A stretch of 64,000 nucleotides of DNA from an uncultured Methanoregulaceae archaeon (GTDB lineage: Archaea; Halobacteriota; Methanomicrobia; Methanomicrobiales; Methanospirillaceae). Where the stretch lies: positions 1,728,001 to 1,792,000 of the forward strand of contig CAVTTL010000001.1 of the NCBI GenBank assembly GCA_963737635.1. The letters run 5' to 3'. Below the pieces are notes generated by a model. The model saw nothing but the letters and a program-made list of their open reading frames with translations. It did no database searches and was not told the origin of the DNA. Below are positions 55,301 to 64,000 of this stretch, piece by piece. Position 1 is the first letter of the stretch, and the number at the start of each line of letters is the position of its first letter. A program made the position numbers and the translations under genes.

Positions 55301-57726
55301 TTTATCGCATCTTCATACCGTTCCTTCTGGGCAAGTGCGATTCCCTTCCGGTACAGGATCTTTGGATCGTCGGGCTCAATCTCGAGCGCCTGATCGTACG
55401 AAATGATCGCTTCCAGCTGCTTGCCAAGACTGGCAAGGGCATTGCCTTTCTCAAAGAATGCCCGGGCACACCGCCGGTTGATTTCCAGTACCCGCTCAAA
55501 TGCCCGCACAGCTTCATCGAAACGGGAGAGCTCCGCAAAGGAAACACCTTTATAATACCATGCCCGTTCATCCCGGGGAGCGATTTCAAGGGCGCGATTG
55601 AGGGTCGTAATAGCGTCTTCGTATCTGCCAAGGGCAACCAAGGCCGTTCCTTTGCCGACCAGGGCCTGCGTATTCTTCGGATTAAGACCGATGACCCGGT
55701 CGAAGGCCTCGATTGCTTTGATGGTTTCTCCGAGCTGCGCATAACAGATCCCCGCGGAAAGCCAGGAGTCGGCAAGGCCGGGATCCTGCTCGACTGCGGC
55801 CTCAAAGGCTGTAACTGCATCCTTCCACCGATTCAGTTGCATGAGTGCAAGCCCTTTCTCATTAAGGGCAGACGTGTTCTGGGGGGAAAGTGCAAGAACT
55901 GCATCATAGGCTGCAGCTGCATCGGTGTACCTCCCTTGGTTAAAAAGCATTACTCCCCGGTGGTACAGCGCAAGCGTATGAGTTGGGTCTATCGCCACTG
56001 CATGGTCAAATGCCAGGAGCGCTTCATCAAGTAGGTCAAGCTTTGCAAGGGCAATGCCCTTGTTGTAATAGGCATTGACATAGTTGGGATAGATCCCGAT
56101 TGCCTGATCGAAAGCTTCGATCGCAATCTGGACCTGCTCCGCTTTTAACAGGGCAGTGCCCTTGTCATAGTAGGCCTGCGCATTGTCAGGTCGAAGAGCT
56201 ATACTTTTATTGAACGCGTCCAATGCATCGTCAAGCCTGCCCATTCTGACGAGAAGCTGACCTTTCTGGTGGTAAGCCTGGGAATTGCCGGGGTTTTCGT
56301 TTAAGGACCGATCGAATTCCTGAAGCGCCTCCTCGCTGTTTCCGAGCTTCGCTAAGGCAAACCCCTTGTGATAAATAACATCCGAATAATCGGGCCTGAT
56401 CTTAAGTGCGCGATCGTAGGCAGCGACAGCATCGCCAAATTTCCCAAGGCTTGCAGAGGCAAGGCCGATTTGATAGGCGGCCGAAGCGCATCCAGGATCA
56501 ATTGTCAGGGTATGTTCAAAGGCTCCAATTGCATCATCCTGCCGGCCAAGGCGGGAAAGAACGATCCCCCGGAAGTAAGACGCACCTACATGGTCGCTCT
56601 GCTGGGAAAGGATCTGGTCAAACGCACTGAGTGCTTCATCGTATCTGCTCAGGTGGATGCAGGAGACTCCCCGGTTGTATAAGGCATCAGCATTTTCCGG
56701 TTCAGCGGCTAGTGCCCGGTCAAAATCTACTACTGCCTCACGGAAACGCCCGAGATGCTGGTTGGCTTTGCCCCGGAAAAAATAGATCTTGTTGTTTTGC
56801 GGGGTGAGTTCCGCCGCTTTATCCAAGGCATATGCGGCATCCTCGTACTGTTCCATCTCAAAGAGGGAAAATCCCTTGTAGAGCCATGCATCTGCGACGA
56901 GAGGGTTTTGTAAGATGGCCTGGTCAAACGATTCCGCAGCATCGGCGTACTTTTTGGTCCGGTACTGGGCAATTCCACGGATTACCCAGATATCCGCATG
57001 ATCAGGTTCAGATGCGAGGAATGTCCCTGCTGCTTCCGCTGCTTCAGCATACCGTTCCTGTTTTGCAAGAATGAATGAGCGGTAATACCAGACCCAGGCA
57101 TCAGATGGATCGAGAGCATAAGCTTTTTCAAAGGCATCAAGGGCTTCCTCATACCTCCCTGTATCATAAAGGGAGATCCCCATGTTGTAAAATGCCTTTG
57201 CATAACCGGGGATAATCTCGATCGCCTTTCCGTAGGCAACAATGGCTTCGTCATGTCTTCCCAGATCCGCAAGGGCAATGGCCTTGTTATAGTAGACTTT
57301 CGCGTGGCTAGGATCGATTGCAAGTGCATGATCATAGGCCGTTATCGCCTCCTGATACCGACCTAGTTCATAAAGGGCGATTCCCTTAAGGATCCATGCT
57401 TCCGCATTGTCGTACTTGAGAGCGATAAGACGCTCGCAGGCGTCGAGCGCTTCCTTATTCCTGCCGATTTGTGCAAGGGTCGCGGCCTTGTTATACCATG
57501 CATTGATGTCGGAAGAATCAATTGCAAGTGCGTTATCATAGGATTCGATTGCTGCCTCGTACCGGCCGAGATCGTATAAAGCGATGCCTTTGAAATAATG
57601 AGCCTTGGGTAAGCGGGGAAAGAGTGTAAGTGCCCGATCAAACATGACCACGGCTTCCTGATGCCTGCCGAGATCATAGAGTTCGATACCCTGCCGCATC
57701 AGTGCTTCAGCATCACTTCTGCTCAT
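46302..57726 (-). CDS. Giant tetratricopeptide-repeat protein, about 3,800 aa (three apparent indels split it into three ORFs)
   Basis: Continuous 34-aa TPR periodicity (AWY.KG.AL..LGRY.EA..AFD.AL..DP); register continues across breaks at ~53490, ~53371 and ~46660. Confidence 0.85.
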
Positions 57727-57899
57727 GAACTGTCATCGCCTCTTGATAGTTTTTGAAAATTCCTGCACCGCATGACGTATATACGCGTGGGAAAATGCGG
57801 CTTATACTCTTTCCGGTATATATATGTACACCACTATTTATGAATGCTATTTTTATAGCCCCTTCGTTTACGGTTTATACATTTATATCAGGATGATTT

Positions 57900-59129
57900 T
57901 TACCGGCAAAGGGATCGTCCTACCTGGCTCAGCCGTTCAATTCCTTCTGTAATTCTCTCGGAATTGGTATTGGAAAAGTTCAATCTGAGAGTATTCGTGC
58001 CACCCCCATCAACGTAGAACGGGATACCTGGGAGCACGGCGACCTCCTTTTTGAGAGCTCCGGTAAAGACGTCCATTGCCTGACAGCCGGCAGGAAGCGT
58101 GACCCAAACAAACATTCCTCCATCAGGCTTTGTCCACCGGGTGCCGTCCGGCATATAATCCTGCATTGCTACAATCATGGCTTTAGCCTGCTCTCTGTAT
58201 GCGGCTCGTATCCTGCTGACATGGGCATCAAGGTCTACCGTTTCGAGGTAGCGTGAAGCGATCCGCTGTGAAAGGTAATTGGAGTGAAGATCAGATGCCT
58301 GTTTTGCCACAACGAGCTGGTCCATGATCTGCCGCGGGGCACAAACCCAGCCTAGACGCATCCCCGGCGCCATGATCTTCGAGAACGAACCGGTCAGGAT
58401 AGTCTGGTCAGGCAGGTATTTTTTGATTGGTGGGAGTGCTTTTCCCGAGAACTGAAGTTCACCATATGCATCATCCTCGACCAGAATCGTGCTGGTACCC
58501 TCAAGAATATCTGCACATGCTTTTCGGCAGTGCCTCGAGTACGTGATTCCTGATGGATTCTGCGAGTTTGGAATCGCATAATAGATTTTTGTACACGCGC
58601 TCGAAACTGCCGCTTCAAAAGCTGTCTCAGCTGGTCCGTCAGCTCCGAGTTCAACCGGTGCAAAAACCGGTTCGTAGAGCGAGTAGACCTGGATTGCACC
58701 GAGATACCCCGGACGTTCGATAACGATCCGGTCACCAGGATCGATGAGAATCTTTCCTATGAGATCGAGGCATTGTTGCGAACCATTTGTGATGAGTATC
58801 TCATCGGGTAAAAGATCGAGGCCGAGGCGCTTTTTATACCGGTCCGCAATGAACTGGCATAACGGGAAGTACCCCTCAGTTGTCGCATACTGGAGGGCAG
58901 TTCTGCCATCGCTGCTGAAAACATCTGCAGCAGCCTGCGCAAGTCCTCCGACATCGATCAAACCGGGATTTGGCAGGCCACCGGCAAAGGAGATGATTTC
59001 AGGATTTTCCGTGACCTTGAGGATCTCCCGGATAAATGATTTCGGGGTCGTACCCATCCGCCGGGCGAACGCATGAGGCTGGGATGACGATCTCCTTTTT
59101 CCCTGCACGGATTCTTGTTTTTTGTCCAT
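57900..59129 (-). CDS. PLP-dependent aminotransferase (LysN/Aro8-like, class I)
   Basis: S.IREILK, ISFAGGLP, TNGSQQ.LD, QNPSG, EDDAY, SFSK.MAPG.RLGW. Confidence 0.9.
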   Translation of the reverse strand: MDKKQESVQGKRRSSSQPHAFARRMGTTPKSFIREILKVTENPEIISFAGGLPNPGLIDVGGLAQAAADVFSSDGRTALQYATTEGYFPLCQFIADRYKKRLGLDLLPDEILITNGSQQCLDLIGKILIDPGDRIVIERPGYLGAIQVYSLYEPVFAPVELGADGPAETAFEAAVSSACTKIYYAIPNSQNPSGITYSRHCRKACADILEGTSTILVEDDAYGELQFSGKALPPIKKYLPDQTILTGSFSKIMAPGMRLGWVCAPRQIMDQLVVAKQASDLHSNYLSQRIASRYLETVDLDAHVSRIRAAYREQAKAMIVAMQDYMPDGTRWTKPDGGMFVWVTLPAGCQAMDVFTGALKKEVAVLPGIPFYVDGGGTNTLRLNFSNTNSERITEGIERLSQVGRSLCR

Positions 59130-59311
59130 GAAAATATGGATCCCTGCCAGAATTCTTATTTATTATATTGAAAAAGCGAAGTTATAAACATGGAAGGTAT
59201 CAGCACCGGCTTCAATTTCGATCACATACAATAAAACCGGGTTTTTGCCCAAAGACTACTTCAAAAGACTTTTTAGCCTGAAATGCGAACGGTTTCCAGA
59301 AGGTATCTTGT

Positions 59312-59602
59312 ATGACTGTCATCAAGAGTATCGAGATTATTTCATGGGCGAAGATCCATGCATTGTTCGGTATCGTGTTCGGCCTGATTTATGGCATTCT
59401 GCTTGGCATCATGGGTGCTGCAATCGGGGCTAAATACGGCCTGCCCGGTCTGACAACTCTTGGCCTGCTCTCCATCATTGTCTTCCCCATCATCTTCGGG
59501 ATTATGGCATTTATCATGGGGGCGATCCTCGCTTTCCTGTACAACATCTTTGCAGACAAAGTCGGCGGTGTTGAGATCGAGCTCACCGAGAAAAAAGCAT
59601 AA
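59312..59602 (+). CDS. Small two-TM membrane protein (DUF3566-like)
   Basis: IKSI...S.AK, two TM helices, LYN..A..VGGVEIEL. Confidence 0.7.
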   Translation: MTVIKSIEIISWAKIHALFGIVFGLIYGILLGIMGAAIGAKYGLPGLTTLGLLSIIVFPIIFGIMAFIMGAILAFLYNIFADKVGGVEIELTEKKA

Positions 59603-60110
59603 ACCTTTTTTTATCTTCTTGACGCCCTCCCGGCTGTCCGGAACACGAGGAAACCGGTCTTCTGTATTCCTCACAACCACACCAGTATTAACTTCTGCGG
59701 CAAAACAGGCCGATGGAATTATGGAGTTGTTTCACGGAAGGGAATTACAGTGACTGCTGCTCCACCCATCTCCGCAAATTCGGCAACCCGGCGGGAAACC
59801 CGGGGGACCATTGAGGCCGGAGTGAGGATCAGGGAGGATTCGCCAACCAGCGCCACGGTCTGACCGGATAACGAGCAGATCAGAGAATCTCTAATTAAAA
59901 TAAAAATTCAAAATTTACACATTTTTTGCTACAAAAATAAAAATACTTATTAACAGGGCCGTTCTATGTTTCATGCGGAGATGTCCCTTGACTTAATGGA
60001 AATCTCCTCATCCTTCGACAAGATATCGCCATGGGCTGTGCTGTCTGTCAGCCCAAAAAAACCGGGACCATTGGGGAATGATCCCGGAAAACAGCAGACG
60101 GGTGATTGAC

Positions 60111-60452
60111 ATGAAACAAACACTGTATAATGGAAGCCGGAAGACGACCGTTAATACGAAGTATGACGAGTGTCTCTATCTCGCACCACGGCCGGTTTCT
60201 GATCAGCCAGACGTTAAGGTAACAGGAAAGGATCTCTACATTCATGTAACGGCCGATCAGGACAAGAGCATTATGTACTATCTTCATCTCTGGACTACCA
60301 GCAGGACCATCAAAGAAAAGATTCTGCCTCTATCGCCATCTATGGCAGACCGGTTCTTGAAAACCAAGGGTCTTATCTGCAATCTCTTCCCGAAAAACGA
60401 TCCAGTGACAAATCTTTATGCGTGGGGGTACGGGATTGCAGAAGAATTCTGA
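60111..60452 (+). CDS. Hypothetical protein
   Basis: 113-aa ORF with GGTGA RBS upstream of ATG 60111. Confidence 0.6.
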   Translation: MKQTLYNGSRKTTVNTKYDECLYLAPRPVSDQPDVKVTGKDLYIHVTADQDKSIMYYLHLWTTSRTIKEKILPLSPSMADRFLKTKGLICNLFPKNDPVTNLYAWGYGIAEEF

Positions 60453-60884
60453 CATTCAATTTATGCACATCCCCAATCTTTCTCTTTTCAAGAACTTTAT
60501 CATTAAACAAAGGGAACGATTTGCGGTCTGGCAATTCGTTTCAGTGAGAGTTCCGGGAATCATTACGCACCGTACCATTACGAGATTTTGTAGAAGATCG
60601 TAACCGAGAGACAGACCCCGATAATTGCAATATAAAACCAATTCTGGTTCTCGCGAATCCATCCGGTAATCGACCGGATCCGAGCCAAAAAAATCCCGGA
60701 GCGCGTTACTGCTGTCGGTTTTTTCTTTGACATGGCAATCACTACGAACGTATTAATTCCAGATATTTGATCCGATCATACTTCCTGTAAAAAATCCAAC
60801 CACACATACAAGATGTACAACCTAGTTCCGGGTTTAATCAGGGTATGTCGGGTATGCAAAAAAAGGGGATAATCTTTTGCGGAA

Positions 60885-61232
60885 TCAGTCATTCCTCTTG
60901 ATGATGACCTTGCCGATGCCATATGCAATCGCGGAAGCGATGAGAACCCCAAAGATTGCCGAGACGTAATAACCCGGCGTCTGGGTTGGAATGGTTGTAT
61001 GGTCTCCTGGTAAATCATAACCATCTAACGGCGCGCTCCAGAGGCCAGTTAGTTGCTGAAGCCCGGCCGGCACATAGCCTACGGCTTGCTGGAGTTCATC
61101 AGGACCCCATTCCCCAAAGGCGGTTCCGCTTGCGATTAATCCAACGGGCACACATACCATGAGGACAATGAGGGCAAGAACGAGGACTTTAAACGTCTTG
61201 TCCATTTTGTTGAATACACCCATAACATCCAT
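60885..61232 (-). CDS. PDGLE-domain (NikN/CbiN-like) metal ECF transporter accessory subunit
   Basis: TM, GTAFGEW, APLDGY, GY..SA..G TM; directly downstream of the M subunit. Confidence 0.8.
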   Translation of the reverse strand: MDVMGVFNKMDKTFKVLVLALIVLMVCVPVGLIASGTAFGEWGPDELQQAVGYVPAGLQQLTGLWSAPLDGYDLPGDHTTIPTQTPGYYVSAIFGVLIASAIAYGIGKVIIKRND

Positions 61233-61243
61233 GATGGTTTACC

Positions 61244-61975
61244 TCACGCCGGTGCCGCTCCTTGGCCGGTATCTGGTTTTGAGTAATTTTCAATCTCCGA
61301 TTTATAATTAAAGATGATCTCCGGATTGTTTTTCGCAATATATGCAAATGCCAGACCGGTAACGATCAATTCCACCCAACAGAAGAAACCAAAATGATCA
61401 ATCAGCATTGCCGGTACAGTAATGTTGAGCCCGTAAGGCATGTAGAGAGGAACGCCCGATGCCGTGTGTTCGAGAACTGGTTGGATACCCATTTCAAACC
61501 CGGCAACGCCGGCAGCGATGCCTAAAGCAAAATACCCGCCTATCGCTGCGGCAGCGATCCTTCGGTTTGATGCAATCGGCGATTTCCAAGCGATAAGTTT
61601 ATAGATGAAGTATCCCACGAACGGAATGACAGTACCCATGTTGAAACAGTTTGCCCCGAAGGCAGTGATCCCTCCATCCCCAAAGACGAGGCACTGGATG
61701 AGGAGCGCAACAGTAGTTGTCACGACTGCTGCCCAGGGACCTAGGATGATTGCAACGAGCGCGCTGCCGACCGCATGCCCCGAACTGCCGCCGGGAACCG
61801 GTACGTTGAACATCATGATTACAAACGAGAATGCTGCTGCCAGTGCCAGGTACGGCACCTGCCGGGACCGAAGGTTTTTCTGTACCCAGTATCCGGCATA
61901 CAGCCATATCGGGATCATAATCAAGTACATCGTGATAAAAGTCGTCGGACCTAAGTATCCGTCAGGTATATGCAT
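61244..61975 (-). CDS. cbiM: Nickel/cobalt ECF transporter S component (NikM/CbiM)
   Basis: MHIPDGYL N-terminus, AAFSF..MMFN.P.PGG.SGH, Q...FGDGG.TA.GAN..NM. Confidence 0.92.
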   Translation of the reverse strand: MHIPDGYLGPTTFITMYLIMIPIWLYAGYWVQKNLRSRQVPYLALAAAFSFVIMMFNVPVPGGSSGHAVGSALVAIILGPWAAVVTTTVALLIQCLVFGDGGITAFGANCFNMGTVIPFVGYFIYKLIAWKSPIASNRRIAAAAIGGYFALGIAAGVAGFEMGIQPVLEHTASGVPLYMPYGLNITVPAMLIDHFGFFCWVELIVTGLAFAYIAKNNPEIIFNYKSEIENYSKPDTGQGAAPA

Positions 61976-62030
61976 TGTTCATAACACCTAAAGGATATAT
62001 ACGGATACAGAGTTATAAAAACCTGTCTAT

Positions 62031-62051
62031 TTGTAATACTAATTACTACAA
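62031..62051. promoter_or_regulatory. Imperfect palindrome upstream of nikM/cbiM promoter
   Basis: TTGTAATACTAATTACTACAA (16 of 20 non-central positions self-complementary), adjacent to a minus-strand TTTTATAA. Confidence 0.4.
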
Positions 62052-62264
62052 AATATTTCAAAATGGTGATTTGATTTGAAAACGGGAAGAAATTGCATAT
62101 TTCCATCATAAAATTCGACCAGAGAACAAAGAGTTTATGATCGGTGATCTTCCCTCACTATTCAGATATAAAGGTATAAGAAAATTTCAATTTGATATGA
62201 ATTTGTAAAAATTTTTGATGAAATCGTAACAAAAAATATATCAGTTCTTTTTACAAATATTCCT

Positions 62265-62290
62265 CCATATTCCGTTTAAACGGAATATGG
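62265..62290. repeat. Perfect 26-bp palindrome in S-layer gene leader
   Basis: CCATATTCCGTTT/AAACGGAATATGG. Confidence 0.9.
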
Positions 62291-62373
62291 CGCTTACAGA
62301 ATCGTTATTCGGCAAATGTCGAAACGGTTTTTCGGCTTGAAATGTATGATGTAAGAACTTTGGAGGAAAACGA

Positions 62374-64000
62374 ATGACCAAGCGATTAACGATTGCACTT
62401 ATTGCACTCGTCGCGTTGGTACTTGTCGCAGTACTGCCGGTATCGGCAACCTACTACGATATCAACAACACGATCCAAAAGGGTGCAGTAGTGTATATTG
62501 GAGAACAGCAATTGAACATTGCACCTGCCATTAATGCAATGCCAGCTACCGATAACGCTATCGGCTGGTGGGCATCAGCGGCGGCCCTGAGCAGCACGTC
62601 CCCGACGGTATCTATCCCGTTGAGTTCCATCACCTCGAACTCGTTCTATGTCTCCTCGGCCCAATTTAGCGGCTACACAGGAAACTGGTACGGAGTGACG
62701 ACTGCCGGTAGTATAGGAGATACTACGACCGGTGCAATCTTCAACGTACAGGACCCAAGTGTCGCCGTTGATGTCTGGGATATCACGGCCGGCACCACGG
62801 TTACCAGCGGCACTTCAATTCAGGGCGACGCTCTTACGTTCCGTATCAACACGAACCTGCAGAGTGCCCTCGCTGGCTCTCGTTCAATGGATGCGGCTGA
62901 AATCGCAGCAATGGCAGCCGGAAAGAACGCAGGCGGTAACATAGACATCAAGGTTAACAGTGCATCCGGCAACACGTATGTTTCGCTGTTCAATGGCAGC
63001 GGCCTCAACACCTCGAGCATTACCTCGCAGAATGTAACCAGCGCTCTGTGGTTCTGGGGTACATACCAGGGTGCAGTTCCCACCAGCAGCAATATCAACT
63101 ACTCGTGGGCGACCGGTGCAGTCGATTCAAGCGGTCAGCTTGCCTACCCGGCTGGTGTATACACCGTTGTTGCCCAGTCGAGGCTTAACGGTATGTACGA
63201 TAACTACCTGAACGGTGGCGCAACCTATACTGGTAAGACGATCAGCCAGCCCGCAACGGTTACCTTATCGTCCAACACAGTCGCGATCTCGGCCAACGTT
63301 AACTCCGTTGTCCGCAGCAAGACGTTCTCGGTCACGATCACAGGTAAGCCCTATGGCGTTTACCACCTGTGGGTCAAGGGAACCAGCACGATGAATGGCA
63401 ACTACGATTACCAGCCGCCCTTCATTACCGCGAACCAGGCAGGCGTCCAGTTTGATCCGATAGCCACGACCAGCATGCCCGCTGTTAACAGCCCGTACAA
63501 CCCGTTCGCAGATAACGGTGGATACTTAGCCCAGAACGGTGTCTACGTCTGGAACTCTGTTGCACACGGTGATGACATTTCAACCCTAGGCCCTGATTCA
63601 ACGGCACTTGGCAATGGTACCTTTGAATACGCCAATATAACCCTCGACCAGACCGGTTCGAGAACTGTTCAGTGGTCGACGACCAACTGGACTGAGGCTC
63701 AGCAGTATACCCTCCGTGTCGAGCAGGACTTCGGAACCTCCGCTAACCACAACTACAAGTACGATGAGGTTAACGTGCAGGTCCAGCAGGGCGCAGTTAC
63801 TGTCGTAGCCGCCGGCTCCCAGAGCTACTACCTCGGCGAAGAGGTACAGTTCTCCGGTACCAACACTGAATCCCAGACGACCTACCTGTTCATCACAGGA
63901 CCCAACCTGGCTACCAATGGTGCTCAAATCGCGAAGAACGCTCCGGCACAATATCCAGTCACGAATGGCCAAGCGTCTACTTTCCAACAGGTTGACGTTC
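62374..64000 (+). CDS. Major S-layer glycoprotein (Methanomicrobiales DUF3821-type), runs off window end; not in ORF track
   Basis: GGAGG RBS; MTKRLTIALIALVALVLVAVLPVSA signal peptide; G.VVYIGEQ.L.I, IGWW, YLGEEV.FSGTN; many N-x-S/T sequons; strong C-ending codon bias. Confidence 0.85.
   Translation, partial: MTKRLTIALIALVALVLVAVLPVSATYYDINNTIQKGAVVYIGEQQLNIAPAINAMPATDNAIGWWASAAALSSTSPTVSIPLSSITSNSFYVSSAQFSGYTGNWYGVTTAGSIGDTTTGAIFNVQDPSVAVDVWDITAGTTVTSGTSIQGDALTFRINTNLQSALAGSRSMDAAEIAAMAAGKNAGGNIDIKVNSASGNTYVSLFNGSGLNTSSITSQNVTSALWFWGTYQGAVPTSSNINYSWATGAVDSSGQLAYPAGVYTVVAQSRLNGMYDNYLNGGATYTGKTISQPATVTLSSNTVAISANVNSVVRSKTFSVTITGKPYGVYHLWVKGTSTMNGNYDYQPPFITANQAGVQFDPIATTSMPAVNSPYNPFADNGGYLAQNGVYVWNSVAHGDDISTLGPDSTALGNGTFEYANITLDQTGSRTVQWSTTNWTEAQQYTLRVEQDFGTSANHNYKYDEVNVQVQQGAVTVVAAGSQSYYLGEEVQFSGTNTESQTTYLFITGPNLATNGAQIAKNAPAQYPVTNGQASTFQQVDV

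Noticed and set aside
61976-62260. Cobalamin riboswitch upstream of cbiM
   Set aside because: Region is AT-rich with no B12-box; promoter lies close to the start codon
1-64000. CRISPR arrays, tRNA/rRNA genes, transposases, integrases, defence systems
   Set aside because: None recognised by eye; TPR periodicity is protein-level, not a repeat-spacer array

Overview
Archaeal chromosomal segment from a hydrogenotrophic methanogen, most likely Methanomicrobiales (Methanoregula-like). This is inferred from the methanogenesis markers Mmp2 and Mmp4/MtxX, an archaeal histone, TBP, RFC-L, archaeal MAT, COG1361/PEGA surface proteins and a DUF3821-type S-layer gene. About 50 genes are present. I found no tRNA, rRNA, CRISPR array or transposase. 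About 16 single-base indels break otherwise intact genes, most likely unpolished long-read errors. The standout is a six-gene operon (35.7-43.8 kb): a bacterial-type acetyl-CoA synthase, the corrinoid Fe-S protein, its RACo activator, a MesB-like folate-independent methionine synthase and AcsF/CooC. It has no CO dehydrogenase and no AcsE methyltransferase, and the ACS appears to carry bulky residues at the CO-tunnel positions. This suggests a dedicated acetyl-CoA-to-methionine methyl-donor module. Other notable items: a ~3,800-aa all-TPR protein, a repeated candidate operator around an HTH-PAS regulator, a Cys3-His desulforedoxin missed by the ORF track, and a perfect 26-bp palindrome upstream of the S-layer gene. 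All family calls are by motif recognition, with no database search.
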